64,000 nucleotides of DNA from positions 1-64,000 of the forward strand of contig NW_026782257.1 of assembly GCF_031769215.1 (NCBI RefSeq), written 5' to 3'. The DNA is from Ylistrum balloti (taxonomy: Eukaryota). Below, piece after piece: positions 1 to 10,518 of this stretch. Position 1 is the first letter of the stretch, and each line of letters starts with the position of its first letter. The translations under genes were made by a program, and so were the position numbers. The notes under the pieces are model-generated. The model did no database searches. It was not told the origin of the DNA and saw only the letters and a list, made by a program, of their open reading frames with translations.

Positions 1-3000
1 TGTCTACTGAATTACCCGTACCTACAGAAATGCCTGTGTCTACTTAAATACTTCTGTACCTACAGAAGTACTCGCACCTATAGGAAATGCCCGTATCAAC
101 AGAAGTACCCGTGTCTACAGAAATGCCCGTATCTACAGAAGTACCCATGTCTAAAGAAATGCCCGTATCTACAGAAGTACCTGTGTCTACAGGAGAACCT
201 GTACCTTCTGAATTACCCGTACCTTTAGAAATGTCCGTGTCTTCAGAAGTACCCGTGCCTACAGCAATGCACGTTTCTACAGAAGTACCTGTACCTACAG
301 AAGTACCCGTACCTACAGAAATACCCTATGTCTACTGAATTACCCGTACCTACAGAAATGCCTGTGTCTACTTAAATACTTGTACCTACAGAAGTACTCG
401 CACCTATAGGAAATGCCCGTATCAACAGAAGTACCCGTGTCTACAGAAATGCCCGTATCTACAGAAGTATCCGTGTCTAAAAAATGCCCATACCTACAGA
501 AGTACCCGTGTCTACAGGAGTACCCGTACCTTCTGAATTACCCGTACCTTTAGAAATGTCCGTGTCTTCAGAAGTACCCGTACCTACAGAAATGGTCGTG
601 TCTACTGAAGTACCCGTACCTACAGAAGTGTCCGTGTCTACTGAAGTATCCGTTACTACAGAAGTACCCGTGTCTACTGAAGTACCTGTATCTACAGAAA
701 TATCCGTTCCTACAGAAATACCCTATGTCTACTGAAGTACCCGTGTCTACAGAAGAACCCGTACCTTCTGAATTACCCGTACCTTTAGAAATGTCCGTGT
801 CTTCAGAAGTACCCGTACCTACAGAAATGGCCGTGTCTACTGAAGTACCCGTACCTACAGCAATGCCCGAGTCTACTGAAGTACCTGTATCTACAGAAGA
901 ACCCATACCTACAGAAATATCCGTTCCTACAGAAATACCCTATGTCTACTGAAGTACCCGTGTCTATAGAAGAACCCGTACCTACAGAAATACCCTATGC
1001 CTACTGATTTATCCGTACCTACAGAAATGCCTGTGTCTACTTAAATACTCGTACCTACAGAAGTACTCGCACCTATAGAAATGCCCGTATGAACAGAAGT
1101 ACCCGTGTCTACAGAAATGCCTGTATCTACAGAAGTACCCGTGTCTAAAGAAATGCCCATACCTACAGAAGTACCCGTGTCTACTGAAGTACCCGCACCT
1201 ACAGAAGTGTCCGTGTCGACTGATGTATCCGTTACTACAGAAGTACCCGTGTCTACTGAAGTACTCGTACCTACAGAAGTGCCCATGTCTACTGAAGTAC
1301 CCATACCTACAGAAATTCACGTTTCTACTGAGATACCGTTACCTAAACAAGTACTGGTACCTACTGAAGTGCCAATACCAACAGAAAAACCCGTACCTAC
1401 AGAAGTACCCATACCAACAGTAATGCCCGTGTCTACTGGAGTATCCGTACCTACAAAAATACCCGAGTCTACTGAAGTACCTGTATCAACGGAAGAACCC
1501 GTACCTACAGAAATATCCGTACCTACAGAAATACCCTATGTCTACTGAAGTACCCGTGTCTACAGGGGAACCCGTACCTACTGAATTACCCGTACCTTTA
1601 GAAATGGCCGTGTCTTCAGAAGTACCTGTACCTACAGAAATGCCTGTGTCTACTTAAATACTCGTACCTACAGAAGTACCCGTACCTATAGGAAATGCCC
1701 GTATCAACAGAAGTACCCGTGTCTAAAGAAATGCCCTTACCTACAGAAATATCCATGTCTACCGAAGTACCCGTAACTATACAAGTACTGGTACCTACTG
1801 AAGTACCAATACTTACAGAAATATCCGTACCTACAGAAGTACCCGTACCTACAGAAATCCCCGTACCTACAGAAATACCCGTACCTACAGAAATGCACGT
1901 TTCTACTCAAGTACCGTTACCTAAACAAGTACTGGTACCTACTGAAGTACCAATACCAACAGAAATACCTGTACCTACAGAAGTACCCGCACCTACAGAA
2001 ATGCACGTTTCTACTGAAGTACCTAGACCTACAGAAGTACCTGTACCTACAGAAATGCCCGTACCTACAGTAGTACCCGAACCTACAGAAATACCCGTGT
2101 CTACTGAAATATCCATGTCTAAAGAAGTACCAGTGCCTACAGAAATGGCCGTGTCTACTGAAGTACCCGTACCTATAGCAATGCACGTTTCTACTTAAGT
2201 ACCTGTACCTACAGAAGTACCCGTACCTACAGAAATACCTTATGTCTACTGAATTACCCGTACCTACAGAAATGCCTGTGTCTACTTAAATACTCGTACC
2301 TACAGAAGTACTCGCACCTATTGGAAATGCCCGTATCAACAGAAGTACCCGTGTCTACAGAAATGCCCGTATCAACAGAAGTACCCGTGTCTAAAGAAAT
2401 GCCCTTACCTACAGAAATATCCATGTCTACCGAAGTACCCGTAACTATACAAGTACTGGTACCTACTGAAGTACCAATACTTACAGAAATATCCGTACCT
2501 ACAGAAGTACCCGTACCTACAGAAATCCCCGTACCTACAGAAATACCCGTACCTACAGAAATGCACGTTTCTACTGAAGTACCGTTACCTAAACAAGTAC
2601 TGGTACCTCCTGAAGTACCAATACCAACAGAAATACCTGTACCTACAGAAGTACCCGCACCTACAGAAATGCACGTTTCTACTGAAGTACCTAGACCTAC
2701 AGAAGTACCTGTACCTACAGAAATGCCCGTACCTACAGTAGTACCCGAACCTACAGAAATACCCGTGTCTACTGAAATATCCATGTCTAAAGAAGTACCA
2801 GTACCTACAGAAATGCCTGTGTCTACTTAAATACTCGTACCTAAAGAAGTACGCGTACCTACAGAAATGCCCGTGCCTACAGAAGTACCCGCACCTACAG
2901 AGAAACCCCTACCTACACAAATGCCTGTGTCTACTGAAGTACCCGTATCTAAAGAAGTACCCGTGTCTACAGAAATGCCCGTATCTACAGAAGTACCCGT

Positions 3001-4310
3001 GTCTACAGAAATACCCGTATCTACAGAAGTATCCGTGTCTAAAGAAATGCCCATACCTACAGAAATATCCATTTCTACTGAAGTACCTGTACCTACAGAA
3101 GTACCCGTGTCTACTGAAGTACCTGTATCTACAGAAGAACCCGTACCTACAGAAATATCCGTTCCTACAGAAATACCCTATGTCTACTGAAGTACCCGTG
3201 TCTACAGAAGAACCCGTACCTTCTGAATTACCCGTACCTTTAGAAATGTCCGTGTCTTCAGAAGTACCCGTACCTACAGAAATGGCCGTGTCTACTGAAG
3301 TACCCGTACCTACAGCAATGCACGTTTCTACTTAAGTACCTGTACCTACAGAAATACCTGATGTCTACTGAATTAGCCCTACCTACAGAAATGCTTGTGT
3401 CTACTTAAATACTCGTATCAACAGAAGTACCCGTGTCTACAGAAATGCCCGGATCTACAGAAGTACCCGTAACTATACAAGTACTGGTACCTACTGAAGT
3501 ACCAATTCTTACAGAAATACCCGTACCTACAGAAATACCCGTACCTACAGAAATGCACGTTTCTACTGAAGTACCGTTACCTAAACAAGTACTGGTACCT
3601 ACTGAAGTACCAATACCAACAGAAATACCTGTACCTACAGAAGTACCCGTACCTACAGAAATGCACGTTTCTACTGAAGTACCTAGACCTACAGAAGTAC
3701 CTGTACCTACAGAAATGCCCGTACCTACAGTAGTACCCGAACCTACAGAAATACCCGTGTCTACTGAAATATCCATGTCTAAAGAAGTACCAGTACCTAC
3801 AGAAATGCCTGTGTCTACTTAAATACTCGTACCTAAAGAAGTACGCGTACCTACAGAAATGCCCGTGCCTACAGAAGTACCCGCACCTACAGAGAAACCC
3901 CTACCCACACAAATGCCTGTGTCTACTGAAGTACCCGTATCTAAAGAAGTACCCGTGTCTACAGAAATGTCCGTACCTACAGAACTGCCCGTGTCTACTG
4001 AAGTATCCGTTACTACAGAAGTAACCGTGTCTACTGCAGTACTCGTACCTACAGAAGTGCCCGTGTCTACTGAAGTACCCGTACCTACAGAAATGCACGT
4101 TTCTACTAAGTACCGTTACCTAAATAAGTACTGGTACCTACTGAAGTACCAATACCAACAGAAAAACCCATACCTACAGAAGTACCCTACCAACAGTAAT
4201 GCCCGTGTCTACTGGAGTATCCGTACCTACAAAAATACCAGAGTCTACTGAAGTACCTGTATCAACGGAAGAACCCGTACCTACAGAAATATCCGTACGT
4301 ACAGAAGTAC
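1..4310. repeat. 18-bp minisatellite (consensus ~CCTACAGAAGTACCCGTA) with nested higher-order duplications; + frame reads PTEVPV/STEMPV repeats
   Basis: 18-nt periodicity throughout. Recurrent variant blocks, e.g. GTAACTATACAAGTACTGG at ~1772, ~2441 and ~3469. Recurrent in-frame stops (TCTACTTAA) and 1-bp frameshift units (ATACCCTATGTCTACTGA) break it into short ORFs. Confidence 0.95.
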
Positions 4311-4896
4311 CCCTACAACTTGAACATTTCAAAAATATACCTCCGAAAACACCGGAGTTTTTTCACGGACAGAAAGACGGACGAAAGAAAGGCGATTGCA
4401 AAATCTATAATTCTATACTGAAATACAGAGTTTGTTTGATTCCGTGTCAGTTGGGAAGTCGTTTAGAAATACACAAAATAAGAATAAAAAACGATAAAAT
4501 ATATTTTACGTAAATAAGATTTATTAAATAAGTATATCTTACATTAAAATTCAAATTCACACGTAAGTAAATATTCTCTGTCCATTTCAACCGAATACCA
4601 ATGGCATTGTTCCTGGCTCTGGCTCGTCTCCTTAAATGGAAGGCAACCAACTTATTGCACATAGGATGCTCGCTCTAGAAACATTCCTCTATCTCGTCTT
4701 TGTCAGTTAACCATTTGTTGCTTACAAACTGGCTGTCTATAACAATATTGTTTGGAAATTAATCATTTCGTTTTCGTCATTTTGTTCAGCAAATATTTCC
4801 ATGTTAGACAGTGAGAGATAGACAGAGAAATTGAGCTTCAAGGCAGACAATGTACAAGTAGATGAGTCGAATGTCCAGGGCGGAGCATGCGGTTGC

Positions 4897-5232
4897 TTAG
4901 TTTGAAGAAGAATCGGCTTCAGCAGGTGACGGAAGAGTTGGCTGCTCAGGGTCAGCTTTAATCGGAATAGGACTTGAAGGTGGCGGTGGTGGACATGGGT
5001 AGATTGGGTCATTGTCCCTGATCCAGCAAGTGCCTCTCACGTCTCTAGTGCAAATGGGGAAGGTGAATAAGATCTTCAGTCCACGTGGCGGTGGAGCAAG
5101 TCTCAGTCGATAGTACTTCTTGCCACAAGGTACTTGAGGTGGTATACCTTCCATTTCTTCTTCGGTCATGTAAGGATGGATTTTTGGTTTCCTACGACGT
5201 TTCAGACATTTCAGGAAGGCGAAACAGCCCAT
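4897..5232 (-). CDS. Intronless 111-aa ORF (MGCFAFLKCLKRRRKPKIHP...PPPPP...), cassette copy 1; function unknown
   Basis: ATG 5232, TAA 4897. N-terminal Met-Gly-Cys plus polybasic stretch. Upstream CRE cluster and a downstream AATAAA on the minus strand (4520-4525). Differences between copies are mostly synonymous. Confidence 0.55.
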   Translation of the reverse strand: MGCFAFLKCLKRRRKPKIHPYMTEEEMEGIPPQVPCGKKYYRLRLAPPPRGLKILFTFPICTRDVRGTCWIRDNDPIYPCPPPPPSSPIPIKADPEQPTLPSPAEADSSSN

Positions 5233-5284
5233 TATTGAAGTCTTTGAAAAATCGTGCGTGTGTTTGTTGATATTCAGGATGTCA

Positions 5285-5480
5285 ATTATGACGTCATACG
5301 TAGATACATAATCTATTGTGACGTCATCAGCTATATTTTGATCTCGTCATGACGTGATTTGATGTTTTGACGAAATGAAAAACAACGCTTTTCGAAGTCT
5401 TAAAACTGTAAGGCTATAATATACTGTTATACGTGTGTCAACATTACCGTGACGGAATGCCTGTTGTCAATGACGTTCAG
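5285..5480. promoter_or_regulatory. CRE/ATF site cluster upstream of the MGC ORF (repeated at +1702 and +3404)
   Basis: Full TGACGTCA palindromes at 5289 and 5319, palindrome CGTCATGACG at 5345, further TGACG half-sites at ~5368, ~5450 and ~5471. The region is locally CpG-rich. Confidence 0.55.
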
Positions 5481-5666
5481 TTAAAGTTTTAAAGTCTCTC
5501 CACTACGAACGACTGACAGGATCTCTGGCAATCCCTACCATAGTTGTCGTTCCTTAATGCTTCACGAATCAATCTCGGCCAAAGAATTTGACTTTGTAGT
5601 GGCAACGCAATTTGACTCTGGTATGATCACAAAAGAGCTAGGACATACTGGTCTTTACCAAGAGAA

Positions 5667-6215
5667 ATGTCAGTACCTACATCAATGCCCATGTCTACTG
5701 TAGTACCCGTATCTACAGAATTACCCATATCTACAGAAGTACCCGTGTCTACAGAAGTGCCCATGTTTTCTGAGGTACCCGTGTCTACAGAAGTGCCAAT
5801 GTCTACTGAAGTACCCGTGTCTACAGAAGTGCCCATGTCTACTGAAGTAGCCGTTCCTACAGAAGTACCCGTGCCTACAAAAATGTCAGTGTCTACTAAA
5901 GTGCCCATACCTACAGTAGTACGAGTACCTAAAGAAGTACCGGTATCTACTGAAGTACCGATACCTACAGATATACCCGCACCTACAGAAATTCCCGTAC
6001 GTACAGAAGTACCCCTACAACTTGAACATTTCAAAAATATACCTCCGAAAACACCGGAGTTTTTTCACGGACAGAAAGACGGACGAAAGAAAGGCGATTG
6101 CAAAATCTATAATTCTATACTGAAATACAGAGTTTGTTTGATTCCGTGTCAGTTGGGAAGTCGTTTAGAAATACACAAAATAAGAATAAAAAACGATAAA
6201 ATATATTTTACGTAA
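5667..6215 (+). other. 182-aa open frame: PTEV repeat fused to a unique basic tail (also 7369-7917 and the tail at 4199-4513); coding status uncertain
   Basis: The minisatellite frame is open into LEHFKNIPPKTPEFFHGQ...KIYFT* in all three copies; ATTAAA follows about 10 nt after the stop. Confidence 0.25.
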
Positions 6216-6598
6216 ATAAGATTTATTAAATAAGTATATCTTACATTAAAATTCAAATTCACACGTAAGTAAATATTCTCTGTCCATTTCAACCGAATAC
6301 CAATGGCATTGTTCCTGGCTCTGGCTCGTCTCCTTAAATGGAAGGCAACCAACTTATTGCACATAGGATGCTCGCTCTAGAAACATTCCTCTATCTCGTC
6401 TTTGTCAGTTAACCATTTGTTGCTTACAAACTGGCTGTCTATAACAATATTGTTTGGAAATTAATCATTTCGTTTTCGTCATTTTGTTCAGCAAATATTT
6501 CCATGTTAGACAGTGAGAGATAGACAGAGAAATTGAGCTTCAAGGCAGACAATGTACAAGTAGATGAGTCGAATGTCCAGGGCGGAGCATGCGGTTGC

Positions 6599-6934
6599 TT
6601 AGTTTGAAGAAGAATCGGCTTCAGCAGGTGACGGAAGAGTTGGCTGCTCAGGGTCAGCTTTAATCGGAATAGGACTTGAAGGTGGCGGTGGTGGACATGG
6701 ATAGATTGGGTCATTGTCCCTGATCCAGCAAGTGCCTCTCACGTCTCTAGTGCAAATGGTGAAGGTGAATAAGATCTTCAGTCCACGTGGCGGTGGAGCA
6801 AGTCTCAGGCGGTAGTACTTCTTGCCACAAGGTACTTGAGGTGGTATACCTTCCATTTCTTCTTCGGTCATGTAAGGATGGATTTTTGGTTTCCTACGAC
6901 GTTTCAGACATTTCAGGAAGGCGAAACAGCCCAT
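6599..6934 (-). CDS. Intronless 111-aa MGC ORF, cassette copy 2
   Basis: Same ORF; versus copy 1 I see 3 synonymous changes and 1 replacement (FTFP->FTFT). Confidence 0.55.
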   Translation of the reverse strand: MGCFAFLKCLKRRRKPKIHPYMTEEEMEGIPPQVPCGKKYYRLRLAPPPRGLKILFTFTICTRDVRGTCWIRDNDPIYPCPPPPPSSPIPIKADPEQPTLPSPAEADSSSN

Positions 6935-8207
6935 TATTGAAGTCTTTGAAAAATCGTGCGTGTGTTTGTTGATATTCAGGATGTCAATTATGACGTCATA
7001 CGTAGATACATAATCTATTGTGACGTCATCAGCTATATTTTGATCGCGTCATGACGTGATTTGATGTTTTGACGAAATGAAAAACAACGCTTTTCGAAGT
7101 CTTAAAACTGTAAGGCTATAATATACTGTTATACGTGTGTCAACATTACCGTGACGGAATGCCTGTTGTCAATGACGTTCAGTTAAAGTTTTAAAGTCTC
7201 TCCACTACGAACGACTGACAGGATCTCTGGCAATCCCTACCATAGTTGTCGTTCCTTAATGCTTCACGAATCAATCTCGGCCAAAGAATTTGACTTTGTA
7301 GTGGCAACGCAATTTGACTCTGGTATGATCACAAAAGAGCTAGGACATACTGGTCTTTACCAAGAGAAATGTCAGTACCTACATCAATGCCCATGTCTAC
7401 TGTAGTACCCGTATCTACAGAATTACCCATATCTACAGAAGTACCCGTGTCTACAGAAGTGCCCATGTCTTCTGAGGTACCCGTGTCTACAGAAGTGCCA
7501 ATGTCTACTGAAGTACACGTGTCTACAGAAGTGCCCATGTCTACTGAAGTAGCCGTTCCTACAGAAGTACCCGTGCCTACAAAAATGTCAGTGTCTACTA
7601 AAGTGCCCATACCTACAGTAGTACGAGTACCTAAAGAAGTACCGGTATCTACTGAAGTACCGATACCTACAGATATACCCGCACCTACAGAAATTCCCGT
7701 ACGTACAGAAGTACCCCTACAACTTGAACATTTCAAAAATATACCTCCGAAAACACCGGAGTTTTTTCACGGACAGAAAGACGGACGAAAGAAAGGCGAT
7801 TGCAAAATCTATAATTCTATACTGAAATACAGAGTTTGTTTGATTCCGTGTCAGTTGGTAAGTCGTTTAGAAATACACAAAATAAGAATAAAAAACGATA
7901 AAATATATTTTACGTAAATAAGATTTATTAAATAAGTATATCTTACATTAAAATTCAAATTCACACGTAAGTAAATATTCTCTGTCCATTTCAACCGAAT
8001 ACCAATGGCATTGTTCCTGGCTCTGGCTCGTCTCCTTAAATGGAAGGCAACCAACTTATTGCACATAGGATGCTCGCTCTAGAAACATTCCTCTATCTCG
8101 TCTTTGTCAGTTAACCATTTGTTGCTTACAAACTGGCTGTCTATAACAATATTGTTTGGAAATTAATCATTTCGTTTTCGTCATTTTGTTCAGCAAATAT
8201 TTCCATG

Positions 8208-8636
8208 TTAGACAGTGAGAGATAGACAGAGAAATTGAGCTTCAAGGCAGACAATGTACAAGTAGATGAGTCGAATGTCCAGGGCGGAGCATGCGGTTGC
8301 TTCGTTTGAAGAAGAATCGGCTTCAGCTGGTGACGGAAGAGTTGGCTGCTCAGGGTCAGCTTTAATCGGAATAGGACTTGAAGGTGGCGGTGGTGGACAT
8401 TGGTAGATTGGGTCATTGTCCCTGATCCAGCAAGTGCCTCTCACGTCTCTAGTGCAAATGGGGAAGGTGAATAAGATCTTCAGTCCACGTGGCGGTGGAG
8501 CAAGTCTCAGTCGATAGTACTTCTTGCCACAAGGTACTTGAGGTGGTATACCTTCCATTTCTTCTTCGGTCATGTAAGGATTAATTTTTGGTTTCCTACG
8601 ACGTTTCAGACATTTCAGGAAGGCGAAACAGCCCAT
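8208..8636 (-). CDS. 142-aa MGC ORF, cassette copy 3, with a hydrophobic C-terminal extension
   Basis: The TAA of copies 1 and 2 is GAA here, adding EATACSALDIRLIYLYIVCLEAQFLCLSLTV. Confidence 0.5.
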   Translation of the reverse strand: MGCFAFLKCLKRRRKPKINPYMTEEEMEGIPPQVPCGKKYYRLRLAPPPRGLKILFTFPICTRDVRGTCWIRDNDPIYQCPPPPPSSPIPIKADPEQPTLPSPAEADSSSNEATACSALDIRLIYLYIVCLEAQFLCLSLTV

Positions 8637-8998
8637 TATTGAAGTCTTTGAAAAATCGTGCGTGTGTTTGTTGATATTCAGGATGTCAATTATGACGTCA
8701 TACGTAGATACATAATCTATTGTGACGTCATCAGCTATATTTTGATCGCGTCATGACGTGATTTGATGTTTTGACGAAATGAAAAACAACGCTTTTCGAA
8801 GTCTTAAAACTGTAAGGCTATAATATACTGTTATACGTGTGTCAACATTACCGTGACGGAATGCCTGTTGTCAATGACGTTCAGTTAAAGTTTTAAAGTC
8901 TCTCCACTACGAACGACTGACAGGATCTCTGCCAATCCCTACCATAGTTGTCGTTCCTTAATGCTTCACGAATGAATCAATCTCGGCCAAAGAATTTG

Positions 8999-10350
8999 AA
9001 TTATAATAATAAATGACTTTATTTAAGAGTCGATAACACTTTGAGTACAAGACTCTTCTAACAAGTGGTCGACAGTAAAATGTACAATATATACAACATT
9101 AAGATTACAGCATCACATATGATATAAAAATCACAAATATCACAGTAAACTAGCATAATCATGAAGGACTAAGAAGTACATCAATAAAACAAATGTAATG
9201 ATAAAGGCACATAGTGAAGAGGTATATAAAACGGTTATAGAGCGACTAATAATATAATAAAAGGACTAAATTAGCGAGGTTATGTAGGGGATACAGGACT
9301 GGTAATTAAAACAATTAATTAGCAACATTCATAAAGGTACCATATTATCTTGGGGCTAAAATAAGACTGGCATAAAAATGTGAATCTAGGGTGGTAAATT
9401 GGAGATGAATTTTTCACAATGAAATTTAAAAGTTGGTAAGGTTCCACATTGTCTGATATTTTCTGGAAGCTGATTCCACAAAGTTGGTCTAGTTTATAGG
9501 AAGGAATTTCTAATCTTTTCAGTTTTGTGTTTAGGTATGATATAGTTACCAGCAGTAGATGCCCTAGTTTGTCTACTGTGTACACTGGACATAAGCACAT
9601 TACAGTCCAAGTAGTTTGGACACAGTTTGTTAGCTACTTTACACATTAGTATACATTCATTGTAGTTCACTCTTTTGCTAAAAGGTAACCATTTGAGTTT
9701 AGTGAATAGTTCATCCCCTGATACAGAGTAGTCAGCATCCATAATTATACGTAAAACTCTTTTCTGTAATATCTCTAGTTTTTTAATATATGTCTGAGAA
9801 CAATGTCCCCAAATATTTGAACAATAATCTAGGTAAGGTAGAATGAAACAGTTAAAATAGGTGATTCTTGATGAAACAGGTAAGAACTTTTTAATTCTGT
9901 ATAACTGATATATTTTGAAATTGACCTTTTTGATGAAATCCTGGACATGTTTGTTCCAAGTAAGGGTATCATAAAATACACACACCTAGGAGTTTTTCAT
10001 GTTTAACATTTTCCAATGTAAGATCACCAGAATCAGTACATTCAATACATAATTCCTTTGCATTTTTTTGTTTTTTCTGTTTACTGCCTACAAGCATAAC
10101 TTTGGTTTTGTCTTTATTTATAACCATTTTGTTTGTTTTACACCATTTTTTTCAAATTTACAAAGTCAGTGCGCAAACATGTTTCAATAACCGTAGTACA
10201 TTTGTCAGTTTTCTGCAATGTTGAATCATCAGCATACATGTAAAATTCCCAATGTTTAGAATGAAGAGGCATGTCATTGACATCAATTAAAAACATCAGT
10301 GGCCCAAGTATTGAGCCCTGGGGTACACCAGTTGTAATTTCACAGGAATT
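8999..10350 (-). mobile_element. 5'-truncated, decayed CR1/L2-like non-LTR retrotransposon (RT domain to 3' end)
   Basis: Minus-strand translation gives NSCEITTGVPQGSILGPLMFLIDVNDMP...MYADDS. The downstream ORF 9494-9985 has the typical YFNCFILPYLDYCSNIWG...LKWLP tail. The 3' end has AATAAA and a short (TTA)n tail at ~9000; there are stops and a frameshift near 10020-10080. Confidence 0.9.
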
Positions 10351-10518
10351 ACTTTGTAGTGGTAAGACTGCTAGACTCTGGTATGATCACAAAAGAGCTA
10401 GGACATACTGGTCTTTACTAGGCGTGACTTTCATAGAACTTCTGAACCTGAATCTTTACTGGAATGGGTTTCTTACAGAATCACGTTTTCTGTCTTTATC
10501 AAGTTTTGCTTTACAGTA

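Larger units (their letters stand above)
4290..10418. repeat. Three tandem copies of a 1702-bp cassette (copy 1 ~4290-5658, copy 2 5659-7360, copy 3 7361-10418 including a LINE insertion)
   Basis: Near-identical sequence at +1702 offsets: TGACGTCA at 5289/6991/8693 and ORF start ATG at 5232/6934/8636. Copies 2 and 3 start with a ~340-bp block of the 18-bp minisatellite; similarity ends at GGTCTTTAC (5658, 7360, 10418). Confidence 0.95.

Noticed and set aside
568-3776. Minus-strand GTS/VDT-rich and RHGYFC-rich ORFs
   Set aside because: These are alternative-frame readings of the 18-bp minisatellite.
1-4310. A single intact mucin/zonadhesin-like CDS
   Set aside because: Repeated in-frame stops and frameshifts are duplicated with the higher-order blocks; no signal peptide or splice sites were found. 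Kept only as a hypothesis.
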